Below are positions 1 through 13,229 of a DNA stretch of 64,000 nt, one piece after another. The DNA comes from Raillietiella orientalis (taxonomy: Eukaryota). The notes beneath the pieces were generated by a model, which was not told the DNA's origin, searched no databases, and saw only the letters and a list, made by a program, of their open reading frames with translations. The stretch lies in assembly GCA_036172245.1 (NCBI GenBank), contig JAYWIR010000046.1, forward strand, positions 868,001 through 932,000. Direction: 5' to 3'. Position 1 is the stretch's first letter. Each line of letters begins with the position of its first letter. A program made the position numbers and the translations under genes.

Positions 1-38
1 CATTCTGCCTCGCACTACGGAGTTCACTTTCGTTTACG

Positions 39-1560
39 TTAAGTCTTGCGTGCATGTATCACCTCCCATGTGGTCTCGTGGTTTTGGATTCTTCGTCTTC
101 GTTCTGTTATGAGGATGAAACACATCTTCAGATTTCCGCTGATCTCAGGAACCGGATGCATTTGCTGACCGCTGCACGCCCCAGCTGATTTGAGTTCCGA
201 AATGTTTCCATCTGGAACAAACTCGTTCCCTCCAGCGCTTTCCACAAACGCTCCTGCGCTTCTGAAGGCTTTCCAGTATGTCATTCTTTAGTGTCTTCGT
301 AGTTTTTTCATTTTTGTTTCACCGGACAATTATCTGATCCTGCATTTTCTTGCTATTTGCACTTCGTGGCGCCCCACGACACGCATACCTGGATTACCTG
401 GATGGTGCTGAGATCCAGAACTGGCACATCATCGGAATCTGAGGCTCCATCATTGTTTCTGATGAGGAAAATGCTCGTGGAATCATTGTCCAAGTGCTGA
501 GCAAATTTGAAGCTGACAACAAAGAATCAGAAAATGGAAGGTGTATCACCTGCTGACCAGCTAGGACAGATTCAGAATTTGAGAAACCCTCCGTTGCCAA
601 GTTCTTTGACTTGCTTCTTTAGAGCTGAGTAGAGTGGTGCACAATGTGATTCTGTGATCGCAAGATGGGATACTCGGATAGGAAAAAAAACAGGTTAGGG
701 AAAATGCTTCAGCTAGTAGGTAAAGCAGTCCCATCACCTGCTTGTTCCCCACATTCTCGTAATGGGGAGCACTCAGGGGAACAAGAATTTTGTGCAATCT
801 TATGATTTGGTCTTGTCGCGTGCACATGTGCACAGGCTAACGTCAGGTCAAGTGATTAAGGTTTCGGAACATCACTGAGAGCGTCGTAGTTTCCCCCTTC
901 CGTGCGGCGTAGGGAAAGCGAATCGGAAAATGCAATCAGGCGGGTTTCGAACGCTTGGGGTGTTTTTCCAGAATTGATCCATTGTCCGAGTACGAAACGA
1001 GATGAATGCAGTGGAAGTGATGGTTAGGCAGATAATGAGCCAATTCTTCTAGGCAAATATCGCTGTTTTTTTCAGGGGTGGCGGTATCGCATCGATGATT
1101 TATATCCCGAGCATCCGGTTCGCTCAGTAAGAAGCGCTGTTTTGTTTTGTTTTGCTGGCACGTTCAATGATTTCAGAAATTTCTTCTTCGATCTCTACGC
1201 TAGCCAAGAAAATTTCTTCGAAGTGCCATGAGTTTTACCTTCCTAATCTCGACTCTGCAGCTTTCTCGCGTTCGATTTCTTCGAGCATGTTATCCAGGAA
1301 GTCTATTCCGTTTCGAGATCGTCTCCTCTGGAACACTGGGCGGGAGAAACAAGGGACTCGTGCGCAAAAGGAAGATGGCATAATACCTGCCCTGAATGTA
1401 AGGAATCGTATCTTGGCTTACAAGCGCTTTCTGTGGAACCCAGCTGACGAACTAAGGCTTTGTTTTGCTTTTGCATCTTTTGCTTGATACTCTTCTTTAG
1501 CCATGCTTAAAATTGTTTGAATACGGAGATGTAGCTTTGAGCGCATAGTCGAAACCTGTC
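39..1560 (-). pseudogene. Fragments of a multi-exon host gene, product unknown, probably decayed
   Basis: Several GT-AG bounded coding-like blocks on the minus strand, e.g. 512-398 (FKFAQHLDNDSTSIFLIRNNDGASDSDDVPVLDLSTIQ, ending CAG|gtaatc). Neighbouring blocks contain in-frame stops. No family recognised. Confidence 0.25.
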
Positions 1561-4500
1561 GTATATCGTCGGCGTGTCTTCACCAAGAACGCATTAGCAA
1601 TTAAAATTCGAAACAACAACATTCACCAGTGCAGGGGATGGCGAAGATGTGCGTGAGATGCCACAGTACAGTCAAGAAAATATATGCATCTCTTCCGTCA
1701 CAGGAAGAACATAAAAGTGCACAGAATTCCCAGCCGGTTGGGATGATGAATTCTTCAATCCGTTACTCAGCCTGATGTGTTACTTGTGTTCTTTTTGGTT
1801 CACTACATCGGTGTTTGCACCAGCTGTCGTTGTCTCGCCGCATCGTTTCCGTGAACCATCTTCACGTCACCTGAAATGCAGGAGAATTCAAGCACTGAAC
1901 GTGTATGTGCAAGAATGTTTCTTTTCGTGCATCCGAGCATTTGCGGTGTTTTTATCCGGTACCAGGGTGATAAATGGCGGTGTACGTTGCAAGCGGAGAT
2001 CGTGGAATTCGGTTTCAACGACCGATCAGCAAAAAGCCGGTGTCAAGGTTTATCACTGTCTGTGCCGTTTATCATTTCCCACGCAAAACGCTTAAACCCG
2101 TTTATTCTCGAGAAGGTTCTCGAAATCGGAAAGCAAAGCGAGCTTATCTGATTCTCTTAACAATGGCGGCTTGCGTGCAAAAAGTCAATACGGATGGAGG
2201 GCTTCCTATCCACCACCCACAAATCTGAACACTTGGAAATCAGACCTCCGAGATCCCTTGCGGATTGTCTGCTAGTGGGGGTTGCATCTTGTTCGATGAC
2301 CGTCAAATGACAATCTCGGTGTCTATCCGCTCTTCCAGCTGCCGAACACAGCTTTCACTTTTCTCCATGCCTGGAGTTGCTGCTCGAAATTTTTGTGAAG
2401 GCACGTCGAATCATCCGAGAGTGGGAGAGATTTTCGATGGTGATAAGTGATGCATAGAAAAAACGGAACAGAGGAAAGCAGTTGCAAGAACACTGATCGT
2501 GATTTGTGAAGCTCACAACGGGGGAAAAAAAAATGCTTCGCTCTGCAGGAAATTCTGTGCTCTCAATAACTCCAGTACGATATCCAAACATCTCGAGAAC
2601 GTTAGGGCGTCTAGGTAAACACTCTCGGACAATGAGCTGCAGAGAATTTCTTTGTCCATGTTTTCGAGGGAATGTTGTTTTTTCCTGGTTTCATAGACCG
2701 CTGCATGGTATCTTTTCTGCGTAAAAATCTCCAGCACAGTACAGAGCGCTTTTTCTGAGGAATGAGTACCTTGCGCGAGGGACAGATGAAAAAGTGAAGG
2801 GAGAGATGAATGAGACCGAAGGAATGAAGGGGAATCCAAAGATGGCCATTAAGTGCATCCTGCAAAGGGCTGAATAAAGAAAACAAAGACGGAATAATCT
2901 TACACTTTCACGGGCGTCTTTGAACGAGGGAGTACAACTTGATAGGAAAGTTGGAATCTATTCGATGTGGTCGGGTAGCCAACTGTAGGTGCCATGGCGA
3001 CCATCATGCAGAAAGGCCGAGATAAAAAGCGCGCGCACACGTTTCATATGCTTGACCTTTGCGTTTGATTTTGATCTTTACCACATTTCACGTGGTGAAG
3101 ATCAAAAACACCGTTAAGGAGGCGCGCCTCCTCCCACAGTGACAGCAACAACAGAATCATTCCGCCCGAAATCTTTTGGTCCAAAAGCGGTCGATAAAGA
3201 AGAATGCCCCGCGAAGTATTTTCAAATCATCTTGTTTTTCTTATCAAGGTATGTCACACGAATCTCATCATTTCGCTTTCTGAAAAGTTCAACCTCCTAT
3301 AAAGGCGAGGTTACCTATGAAAGTGTAAAACATGCATCCAAGTCCACCCACTTTATTATCAGGTAAGAGCAGCGACAGTGGCAGCACTGCAACGGAACGA
3401 AGGAAAAGAGGCACACAGCATCGATTCTGCAGAGAACATCTACGAACGTGCGTGTCCTCGGTCAACGATGGGGAGGGGGGAAGAAGGAGGCAATTAGGAA
3501 AGAAAATTCTTTCTGCCATATGCTATGCAGTTTGACCGCGCGCTGGAATGCATCCATGTTGCAGAGAAGACTTTGCGATCCCCGGACGAACATTCCCAAA
3601 ACGCTCCACGACTTGGGCTCAGAAGAACAAGCATGATGCGAACGTAGCAGGACCTGATAGACAGGAGAAGAACATGTGGTTGATGGCGCGCAGATGAGTG
3701 GAGTTTGTTCCCGTTAGTTTTCTAGGGGTGAAAACGCAGAAGCTGTCGAATGCGGGGGAGAAAACGCGAGCAAGAGGAAACCTTCCAACGCAACCTTGAC
3801 GCGAACGAGGAGTTTCGCTCTGCCATCCCAGTGCCAGCATCCAATGCTAAAGGAAAGTGCGGGGCTTCCCCGAAGAGTGAGTGCTGTTTTGAAAAAGAAA
3901 ATCCGAACGCTTGCGGAAGCGGCGTGCTGCACGAAAGCACGCGAGAAGAACATGGAAATGCATTCAGAAGTCACAGGCTCGGAGTGCAGTGCACATCATG
4001 GACCTTTCCTGCGGGGGTGTCCAATGGCGCTTTTTCGAGCAGCCCTTTGGAAGCGTTCGGGCAAGTCAGGCCTTCCCGTCCGCTTGGTCCGCGTTTGACT
4101 TGCAGCCCTCGATTCCTTGACAAAGAGTCTTTCGCTAGGACCTACAAGCTGCCTTCTTTAAACTGGCTGGGAAGAGTACCGATCGGCGGACGAGACTTCT
4201 GCATCTAAGGAGGAGCCATTCCCAAGTGTGGTGTTGTGAGAATCGAAGACGTGAGCTTCCCGAACTTTGCGCGCCACCATTGCACGCTGAATTCCGATTT
4301 GGGCTGTCGAGCCCGGATCACCCATTTCCGTTTCGGATCACCATTTGGAAAGGCAACGGCCACTTTTGAAATCCGAGACATGAATTTTGTGAAGCCTTTC
4401 GGGAGGAACCTGTTTGACGAGCCCTGCGCGGTTACCTAAGGGGAACCCACGGTGATGGTGTCATGCAGAGATGCGCTGCCGACTATCCGCCTCCTCGCAT

Positions 4501-6548
4501 GCATTTTTATCACTGCCGGTGTCGACAGCGCCTCCCCCCCCCCCCTTCTCTTCTCGCTCTTCATCTTTCTGCAAAACTTCCTTGAGGCGTTTGTTTGACT
4601 TACCGCGACGTACCCTCAAAGGCTGCGTCTTTCTGTTCGGGGCCCGCGCAGTCGAAGGAAGACGGGAGCCGCTTATTGAATGACTGGTGGCTACTGAGGG
4701 TCCGTCCACTTCAAGCTCTGGCAGGGAACGCTATTCCTAAGGGTGCATCCACTTGAGAAACAGCGTCGCAAGCCCTCTGCTGGAAAGTGTTGCTTTTCTC
4801 TTCTCCTGCATCTTGTAGCAGCGGTCCTTCCAGCTCATCTGGGAGCAGCTTCCAGCTGCATCCTCACGCTCGATCAGCGAAATGCGAGCGAAGCTCTTTT
4901 CATCCAGGATCTTCCCGGCTCCCGAACCGGTTCAGGTGTCAGCGATGACGAAGAGCAGTTTGGCAGAGATTCTTTGACTTTATTTCATCCGTCGAGAAAG
5001 CAAGTGGGGATCCATCCAAGCAGCAGGTTCGGCATCACCTTGGTTTACCATTGCGAAAATGAGACCACGAATGAGTTCTACCATTCTTACGCTCATCAGG
5101 CGAACAACCCATCAAAAACGGACCAATCAAATAACGGAATCGAAGAACAGAATGAGAAGGGAAGGCAATAGGACCCACTGAAGAATCAACAGAGGTTCCT
5201 GCCTCATGAAAATGGAAAAATGTGAAAGCAAGGAAGAAAGAAAGATGGGAGCAGCATAGACACCACTCCAATACTGTTCGTTGTTTCCAGCGTGCGCTTT
5301 TTTTCCTTTTCTTGCAGTCTGTGTAAATAGGATCTCCTAGCCTTTGGTAAATTTTCTCTTCTATGTGTAAAGAGCTACTTCCTGAGCAGTTGCGTTTGCT
5401 TGAACGTCTCGAAAATCCTTCGGATCTAGCTTCAGAGACAGGCGAGGACCGCTGATGCTCCTTTCCGAGTGGCAGGTGGTGACTCAGGGGAAGAAGAAAA
5501 CACACAAAAAATCCCTGAACCTTGTTCGTGTTCCCCGAGCCGTGTTCTCGGAAGATCTCGGAAATCAGCAGTGCCGTTTTCACATTCGAGTTTAGAAATT
5601 CCAATAAATTAATTCACTTTTAAGATCGCTTGGTGCCACTGGAGACTTGCTTTGTTATTTTTCGTGTGGATAGTTTTCGTGGCGGTGCATGCCCATTTGT
5701 ATACTTGCATGGGATGATCTCTTGACAAAAGACGGAGGTGAATCAGCTTGAGACCTTCCTCTCTGCAATTCATCGAATCATCTTACGTGTCCTCTTCTGG
5801 GAGGTTTTCAAACTAAAAAGAAACTCTTGTGATCGACTCCAGGGTGTGTGTTCCTTCGTTTGCGTTCGCGATGGTCATTTGCGACCTCTTGACGTAATTT
5901 ATTAGTTTTCCAATTTTCCAATTTCGGTGAACCGGGCACCATCGAACAATTTGCAAGATGAGGGGCACAAATAAATTGGTACTAAGTGGATTCTCATTTA
6001 GTACTAATTTATTGGAAGAACAGAAGAACGGAGTTGCACTTTATTTTTGGATTTCCTTCTCCCTCAAACCACAGACCCCAGGCATGTGTGGTTATCTTGA
6101 ATGTGTGGTTATTCAGGAGGCTATCTTGAAAAAATCCCATAGGCTAGAATAAAAACTTAAGTGTTTATTCTTATGGAGATTCAGAATAAATGCATCTTCT
6201 GGTTGGCCTGTGATATCTGCTACTTAATGAGTATGTAATTGCATTGATTTTCCACCCAATTTTTTTTTACTGCTTTTTTGCGATCGGCACGAAGCGATTT
6301 TTTTCGCAAAGCGAACTTCAAGTGAAACAACTCTGGAAGTGACAGTTTTCGCTTAATCTTAGTTTGCTAAACTTGCCATCAACAAAACGATTGGCTGGAC
6401 ATAAATTCTGGCTATGGCTTTCAACATGCGTAAAGAAAAATATTTCTAGATCTCATCTTCGAAACGAGTTCAAGGCACCGACCACCTTCTGGAACGAGAA
6501 AAGGAATCCAAAGAAAAAGGGGAATCTAAAAGTCCACACGTTTCTATA

Positions 6549-6869
6549 ATGAAGCCCAAAAGAAGCCACAGCACCGCTGCCTATGACAGGAAACTGGAAT
6601 CATCTGATGCTACTGCGATCAGCAGCAGCGAGACAGACGACAGGCATAAAATCAGGAATCAGACTAAGCTTACAAGGAGCACAAGCAGTCTGGCTAAACT
6701 CAACGGCATTCGATATGTGCAGAAGTCCTACCATTCGGCACCTACATCTTACAACAGCTCAGAAAGCGACGCCAGCCATTTTAGCCACAACAGCAATTCA
6801 AGTAACAGATCTGTGTTTTCGTACGCCCCTGCAGTTGCTGATATCCCTGCTCCAAGTTCTTCCATGAAG
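6549..6869 (+). CDS. Possible Ser-rich first coding exon of an unidentified host gene
   Basis: ATG-initiated 107-codon low-complexity frame ending at a strong donor AAG|gtaagc. Downstream exons could not be assigned. Confidence 0.25.
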
Positions 6870-9800
6870 GTAAGCATTTGATGACTTTCATTTTGTGTCT
6901 CCAATCTTAAGCTTCACAAAAATGAGGATCAGTCCTCAGGACGTACTAAAAAGGGGAATATGTGAATGAGAAAGCATAGTATACTGTCATAATGCGCACA
7001 TTGGTCACACACCCGTTGATACTGTGTGTGCATCATAAGTGTGTTAATTGTTGCAGTTGTTGCGAATGAGTTTAGAATCATCATTCACACTAAGAAGGCG
7101 TAAGGTGAGACCTGCTGAGAACGCTCAAGTAACTATTCGGATGACTCCTGTAGAAACACACCTTTTTCGATTTGGGGTCTATCACCGAACAAGCACTTTA
7201 ACTGTTGTCCTCACTCTTGTTCCTCAAACTTCCAAATTTCCACCCTTGAAGGGGCTTGTAGCCTCAATGGTTTGAGCTGTATTGTAGCTCTTTCTCTTGT
7301 CGCTGATCCGATTTTATCCCAGTTGTTTGGACGAAGCGCTTGAGGTCTCACAAACTTCATCTCGCATCAGTTGCAGTGGATTCCACCGACGTCATATCAC
7401 GATCTGCTAATGATCTATCCATTCAAAGTGTCCTCAGAGAGCGAAGGACAGAGAGTAAACAAATCTAATTCTTTGGAGCGATATTGATTTCTGTGCTTCC
7501 TGTGCACGTTTTTTTTCTCTCTCTCATTTTACAGGCTCCATGGAAAAAAAGAAAGAAAATGAAGTGATCTCAGGAATAAATAGATATTTACCCATGGAAA
7601 CCTTCAGAGCGTCTCGAGACAGAGTCTAATCAAGGAATCACCGAGTGAAATTAATTATAAGAGATACAGCTTCAATAATGGATTCAACTTCGCCATCATA
7701 CTATGAGCAGTGTTAATGTCCTCTTATTTCTCTGTCATTGATCTCTGTCATGAACTGATGCAACTGGGAAAGATATCACATATTGAGTCACTTGCATTTC
7801 CACATGTTGTAATCAGTGTATAAAATGAGATGGATAGCTTTTATTGACATCACAAGAAGGAAAAGGTTGCAAGGAACCAAACGAAGATTCGCCTCATAGT
7901 TTGAAGGATCCCTCACGAGGCGATGGTGCAGCAATCGATGGAATCTATCCGAAGTGTAGGGTGAATTCCGAACTCGAAGGAAGAGGTTGTCTGGAAAAAT
8001 TCCGTGATGGAGCGAAAAGTCGAAAAGGAGATCTTACAAGACCTATACACGAAGAGGAACTGTTCCTAGAACATGCTAGAAATGCATGTTCTAGGACATG
8101 CATTTCTAGCATATTTAAGAATTGCCTTCCGAACCACTTTCTCTATGAAATAAAAATGGAAGAGAATGAATCTCAGTTTGAGGAGCCATGCTCTGGACCT
8201 CGTTTCTATGCCAATGCATGGTAAGTGGGAGTTAGCTCCGTGGCATTGGTTGAGTCACTGATACGGGAGCAAAAACAGCTCTGACTATCCTGTATAGAAT
8301 AGTCAAGCATTGACTATTCTGGGGAAAAGGAAAACCCACGGGACTTTCTCAACGAGAATCAAAAATAGTCTTTCGTTCTGCAAGTTATTTTCAAAGATTG
8401 TGAGGAACCAGCAGAACTCTCTCGCTACGTATCACATCAGCACGATCACATATGCCCTTGTCGGAGCTATAAAGAGGGTTGCATTGGGTTTAGTCGACGT
8501 TGACAGAAACTTTGGAATCGGATTTTGCTGTTAAGTGCTTGAGAAGCAAGCAAGCCTGGAAAGACGATAGACCGAAGCCGGCAGCTCAGGGTCTAGGTTT
8601 CCATAGAAAGTTTCTTACCCGGTCTCTCCATAGAAAGTTGAAACTTAGGTCCTGAGCTATCAGCTGAGGTAGGTAAAAAGAAAAAGAAAAAAAAAAAACA
8701 GATCAAACATCTCCTGTAGTTCGGTTTCGTTAAAATAAGCAGTCACTCAATATTTCAGCATTTCTACGCTTTGGACTCTTCTAAAAGGTTAAAAAGATAA
8801 CTACACCTCGCTGCCAAGATCAAGTCGCATCGTTTTGAAGGGTGTATGCGGACGCGAAGACAAGATGACAATTTTCAAGTTAATAAATTACATATATGTT
8901 GAGAAAGCTGCATGCTAATAGGTGAAACCAAATGTGTGAGAGGATTGTATATCAAGGAACTCTGTTACTCAGAGGAACAGTTGGAAGAAAGCAATAGGAA
9001 AGAGATTACAGACGCACGAGTGTTTGCCTGAGGAGACATTCTTGCTCCTACAGCACAGCTAGAACATAACATGTTCTGAAACGTTTGTCAATATCCAATA
9101 GTGCCGAAAGGGCAAACACGTGACTGGAAGGTGCCTGAAACAAACACAAGGCACACGTGCAATACGGATTAAACAAAGGGTACACCACAATCTGGTAAAA
9201 AATCTAGGGATTCCTAGAAAGTAGGAACTCGGTCTTCAGTGTCAGTGAAAGAGGGATGTGGAAGGTTAATTCAAATATTCAGAGTCATGCCAGGTGTTTG
9301 ATGCTTTTCATCAAATGTGCTTATAGACAGTTACAGCGAGATGTTCCGGTGAATTTTCCAGAGGTACTGACCGCAGAAAAGCTCTCGCGTCGTAGGAAAC
9401 GCAGACGCTTCAGGTGCAAAAATATTCAGAAGAGTAATTTAGTAGTCAAAGGAGGTCGATTCAGAGAAGCGAGAAATCCAAGAAACTCCTCGGCGAACCG
9501 AGTTTTCCGCGCGACCCTCTAACAGAGGTTGTTCTGGTCACACCCTCGGAGCATCAAGTGCTTTCATGTGTTTAACGAGTTTAGTTTCACAGAGTGCTCT
9601 CCGCATAAGCGCAGTTTTTAAGATGGAACTTTTGCACTCCCGGCAGTCGAGGTCAGATTCCATTTGAGTAATCGTAATTGGCAATGATTCTTACGGCATT
9701 CCCATTCATCGACGTTTACATCCAAAGAAACAGCAGTTCTTCTCTTCTCTTCTCTTGCTGAATTCCAGTAAACCAAATTGATGATTTCAGAATGTGCAGA

Positions 9801-12800
9801 CACTACTTGTCATGTTAGCGTGTGAAGATGACTGTGCAACATCGTGGTAGTTGTGAGGGTTTGGAAACGTGTTTCCAGATTCCCAAGTTGGTACATTCGA
9901 TTGGTATTTCACTTTATGAATTTAAAAGATGCATCATCTCAGTTCTCACTCCGAGATGAACCGATACTCAGCTTCTGAATTCCTCGGAATTCCACACTTT
10001 GCGGTAACATTTCTCCTACAAAAAAAAATCCTCATTACTCAAACGGGAGCTTGATCAGACTCTCTGTGGAAAGAAGCTGACCGAAAATCTTGCACTGGCT
10101 GAAGCAGTTGCTGCGAATTCTTACAATTGAGGATCGAATTATGACTTGGAATCACTGTTGTGTAAATCTTGCAGTGTTTTCATGCAGAAAATTATCTCTC
10201 AGCTTCCGTTCAAGAAAGCAGTGCGTCTTTCGTTTCCGTCTGTGTTTTTCATGTGGTAAAGAAAAGAAATCATTAATAGCATTACAACCTCAGTGTTGCA
10301 TTACTAGAAAAGTCTCAGGAATTTTAGTGGTAGAGGATATCCGAGACGACTCTCCGAAAAATTGCACAGTTTCACTCCAGCATCCACTTCAGACGTGATA
10401 TAGAAGAAATCAAACTTCCGGCTTGTCATTTGGAACTGTGAGGAACCCCGGCCACCATGCCTCTGTCTGTTTTTTTAAGACAAGGGGGCATCGCAGTCAT
10501 GAAGACTATCCAAGACTGTGTTGATGGCAGAAGGTGCGAGCACGAAACGAGCGATTCGCTCCTCACGTTCTCTCTGGGAACAAACCAAACCACCACCACA
10601 GCGATAGCAGAAATAATGGAGCTTTCCTCTGTGTTTCTTTTTGGCAGTGTTCGTGCTCAAATCTCTCTTCTGGAAGAACAACCAGGTCGAGCAACAGTCT
10701 CCCTACTGAGTCATCTGACACGCATTGGCCCATTCGTGCACAGGGTCAAAGGGTTCCTTCTTCACCTAATTCAGTAGCTGGAACGCAGGCATCTCCCTTT
10801 CCACGAATTTTCATCTTATTAAAGGATTGCAAAATGAACGCGTGTCCTTGGGTGCTACTTTATCACATATCAAATTCATTTTTCAACTGACCCCTCTTTT
10901 CGTAGCTCCCTACACAATGACCTCAGAGTCTTCCGTGGTAGAAACACGGCACGGAGTTTCGAATCATTGAAATGCGTGCTCACAGTAAAGGCGAAACAGG
11001 AGTGATCATATCAGCAGTGCAATTTGTAAGATGCTGTTACTCAGATGAACAAGAAACATTGATTCGATGATCACCAAGTAGCGTAGGTAGCAGCGTAGTA
11101 GTCTTGGCAGCCTACGCTACTTGGCTGCGAAGACTCCCGGAAAACTCTTTGGCACATCTGTAAACCCATTCCCTTGGGTGAGTTTCCGCCCATGCGCTGG
11201 ATGTCTGGGATTTGCAGCCTCAGCAAGACAGTCGTCGTTATTTTCCTTTCCTTCTTACGAAATTTTCCCATGGGAGAAGGTTTCTTAAAAAGGAAGAAGA
11301 TTTCCATGGGAGGGAAGCTTTCTTACCAAAACTCTGTTGATCCTGTTCCCTCGGGTTCCAAAAAATCCTTTGCCTCTTTGCGGGGAATGCTACTGTCAAG
11401 CTTCCTTTAGAATATGCCAGACAAAAATCCAAAAACACAACACGCAGTATGAAGCTGCTTCGGAGAAACTGCGAGTTGCCGCCGGTGAGGCACAAGGCAC
11501 CGGATTCCTGCGTGAAAATTTTCCCTTTTCATCTTTTGGCCAAAGATTTTCGCAGTTTCGATGCTCCGGAATGAGACGCAGAGCGAATGCCTTCTTCATT
11601 TTCGCCTTACCGTCCCCTCCACTGTCCGGATGCGTCATCCGTGGGCGTCTTGAAAGAAATCGTCCCGCTCGCGACTGATGAAACTGTTGTTCTCTTTCCA
11701 TTCTAGTCGGCACGATCGAAGCCTGACTTGTCCGAGATACCAAAAGGAAGGCATGTGGTGACCAGGAGCATGTCCCTGCTAGCGCCGTGGAAGCCGAAAC
11801 ACCTACGAGATGCTTACGAAGTGGACTATTCCTCGCAGAATGACCTGAACCAGATGAGCAGCCGTCCGCCGCGACCTCCTAGAAGAAAACACGGAAAATC
11901 GAAAAGCCCTTAAAAGCCGAAGCATCTTCCAGAGTAGAAGAAGCCTCCCCAAAGCTTTCTAAGAACTTGGTGGTCACTGAGGAAAGTAGCGGTAATCTCA
12001 AAGGGATTCCCAAGTAACCTACGCTCACCATTTTTTTGACCTCCATTTATACTGGCAGTGGGACTCTTTCCCCTCCCAGATTCCGTTCCAGACAGTACCC
12101 GGTAGCGCAACAACCCACCTGTACGCACTGCGTACGTGAAGGTCCTCCTTGTAGCGCTAAGCACGGCGTGATTCGCAAGCTGCACTTATACAGAATCGAT
12201 TATTGTAAATTGCGATTGGTTTCTCTTTGTTAATAATGGAATTTATTCATGTCTCAGTTAATAAAACTTGCTTTAACAAAAAGATATGAGCACGAGTGTA
12301 CCAGAGGGACCATGACCAGCAAAAACGTACACTGCAAATGTGTGTCTGGGTGATTTTCAAAGGCACTTTTTGGCTTATGGGCTCCCGAGGGAATGGTCGC
12401 GATCCCTAAGAATTGTTTCAGATATTATTGGATCACGAAGAAAACACGGGAATAAAATCTCGATGTTTATGGACAAAAAAAAAACCTTCCACGAATCCAA
12501 TAACAGCAGCGGTCCTTTTTCATCCTCCTTGCTCGTCCCGGTTATCATGCAGGAGTGCTGTCAAAAAAGATGACTAACTGAACTATGGATGCGAGTCGGC
12601 AGCTCAGAACTGTTTTACATAACTGTGAGTCCAACTCGGTGCTTCTCTGATAAAGAAGCAGAAACGGTACATTACGTTTGCGGATTGAGCAGCTTCAACC
12701 CTGAAATTGAAGACCAGTGCCCCAGAATGCCCGCGGCTTCCAACCTCCCCTGGTCGCAAGTGTTCACATCGAAGAAAGACTGAGCAGGCTGGAGATCAGC

Positions 12801-12834
12801 AGAGACCACAAGCAAGTCGCGACAAAATGCGAGT

Positions 12835-13229
12835 TCAGCCGTAGGCGGCGCCAAGCGATGAAGGTTCGAATCATCCCCGTAAAGAATGAACGCATCTTGC
12901 GTTTCCGTTACCTCCGAGAGATGACGCTGGCGTGGATCAAGATTCAGGAGTGCATTGGCGACACGCGTTTGCGCCCGCGGTCAGGATGCGCTTCAGACTG
13001 GCCAGGATGGGAGCGCACCCATTCGAGTGTCCCCACCCATCTTCACATGCACCTTGGGTTCGTGGCAGTGGAAGAGTTCTGTGAGTCCTGTTGGGAAGCG
13101 TTGGCGAGCAGCTCCGATACCCATAGGGAAACGATTCCCGAGTACTTGGAAAAACCCCTAAAAAAGGGAAAATCAAACGAAAAAAAAACACAGTAGAAGG
13201 ATGTGGAAAGCAGCAGAAATAAATCAGGA
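12835..13229 (+). mobile_element. tRNA-derived SINE-like repeat, short subfamily (copy C)
   Basis: Pol III B-box GGTTCGAATC at 12863. Homologous to 27595-27990 (shared CCACCCATCTTCACATGCACCTTGG..TTCGTGGCAGTGGAAGAG, A-rich tract, CAGTAGAAGGA.GTGGAAAGCAGCA). Confidence 0.7.

Noticed and set aside
3600..4730. LINE ORF1-like remnant
   Set aside because: GC-rich and coding-like, but the zinc-knuckle resemblance is too weak to call.
8440..8534. Pepsin C-terminus-like peptide (DVDRNFGIGFCC)
   Set aside because: Isolated, upstream of the pepsin-like gene, and lacking the ILGD motif.
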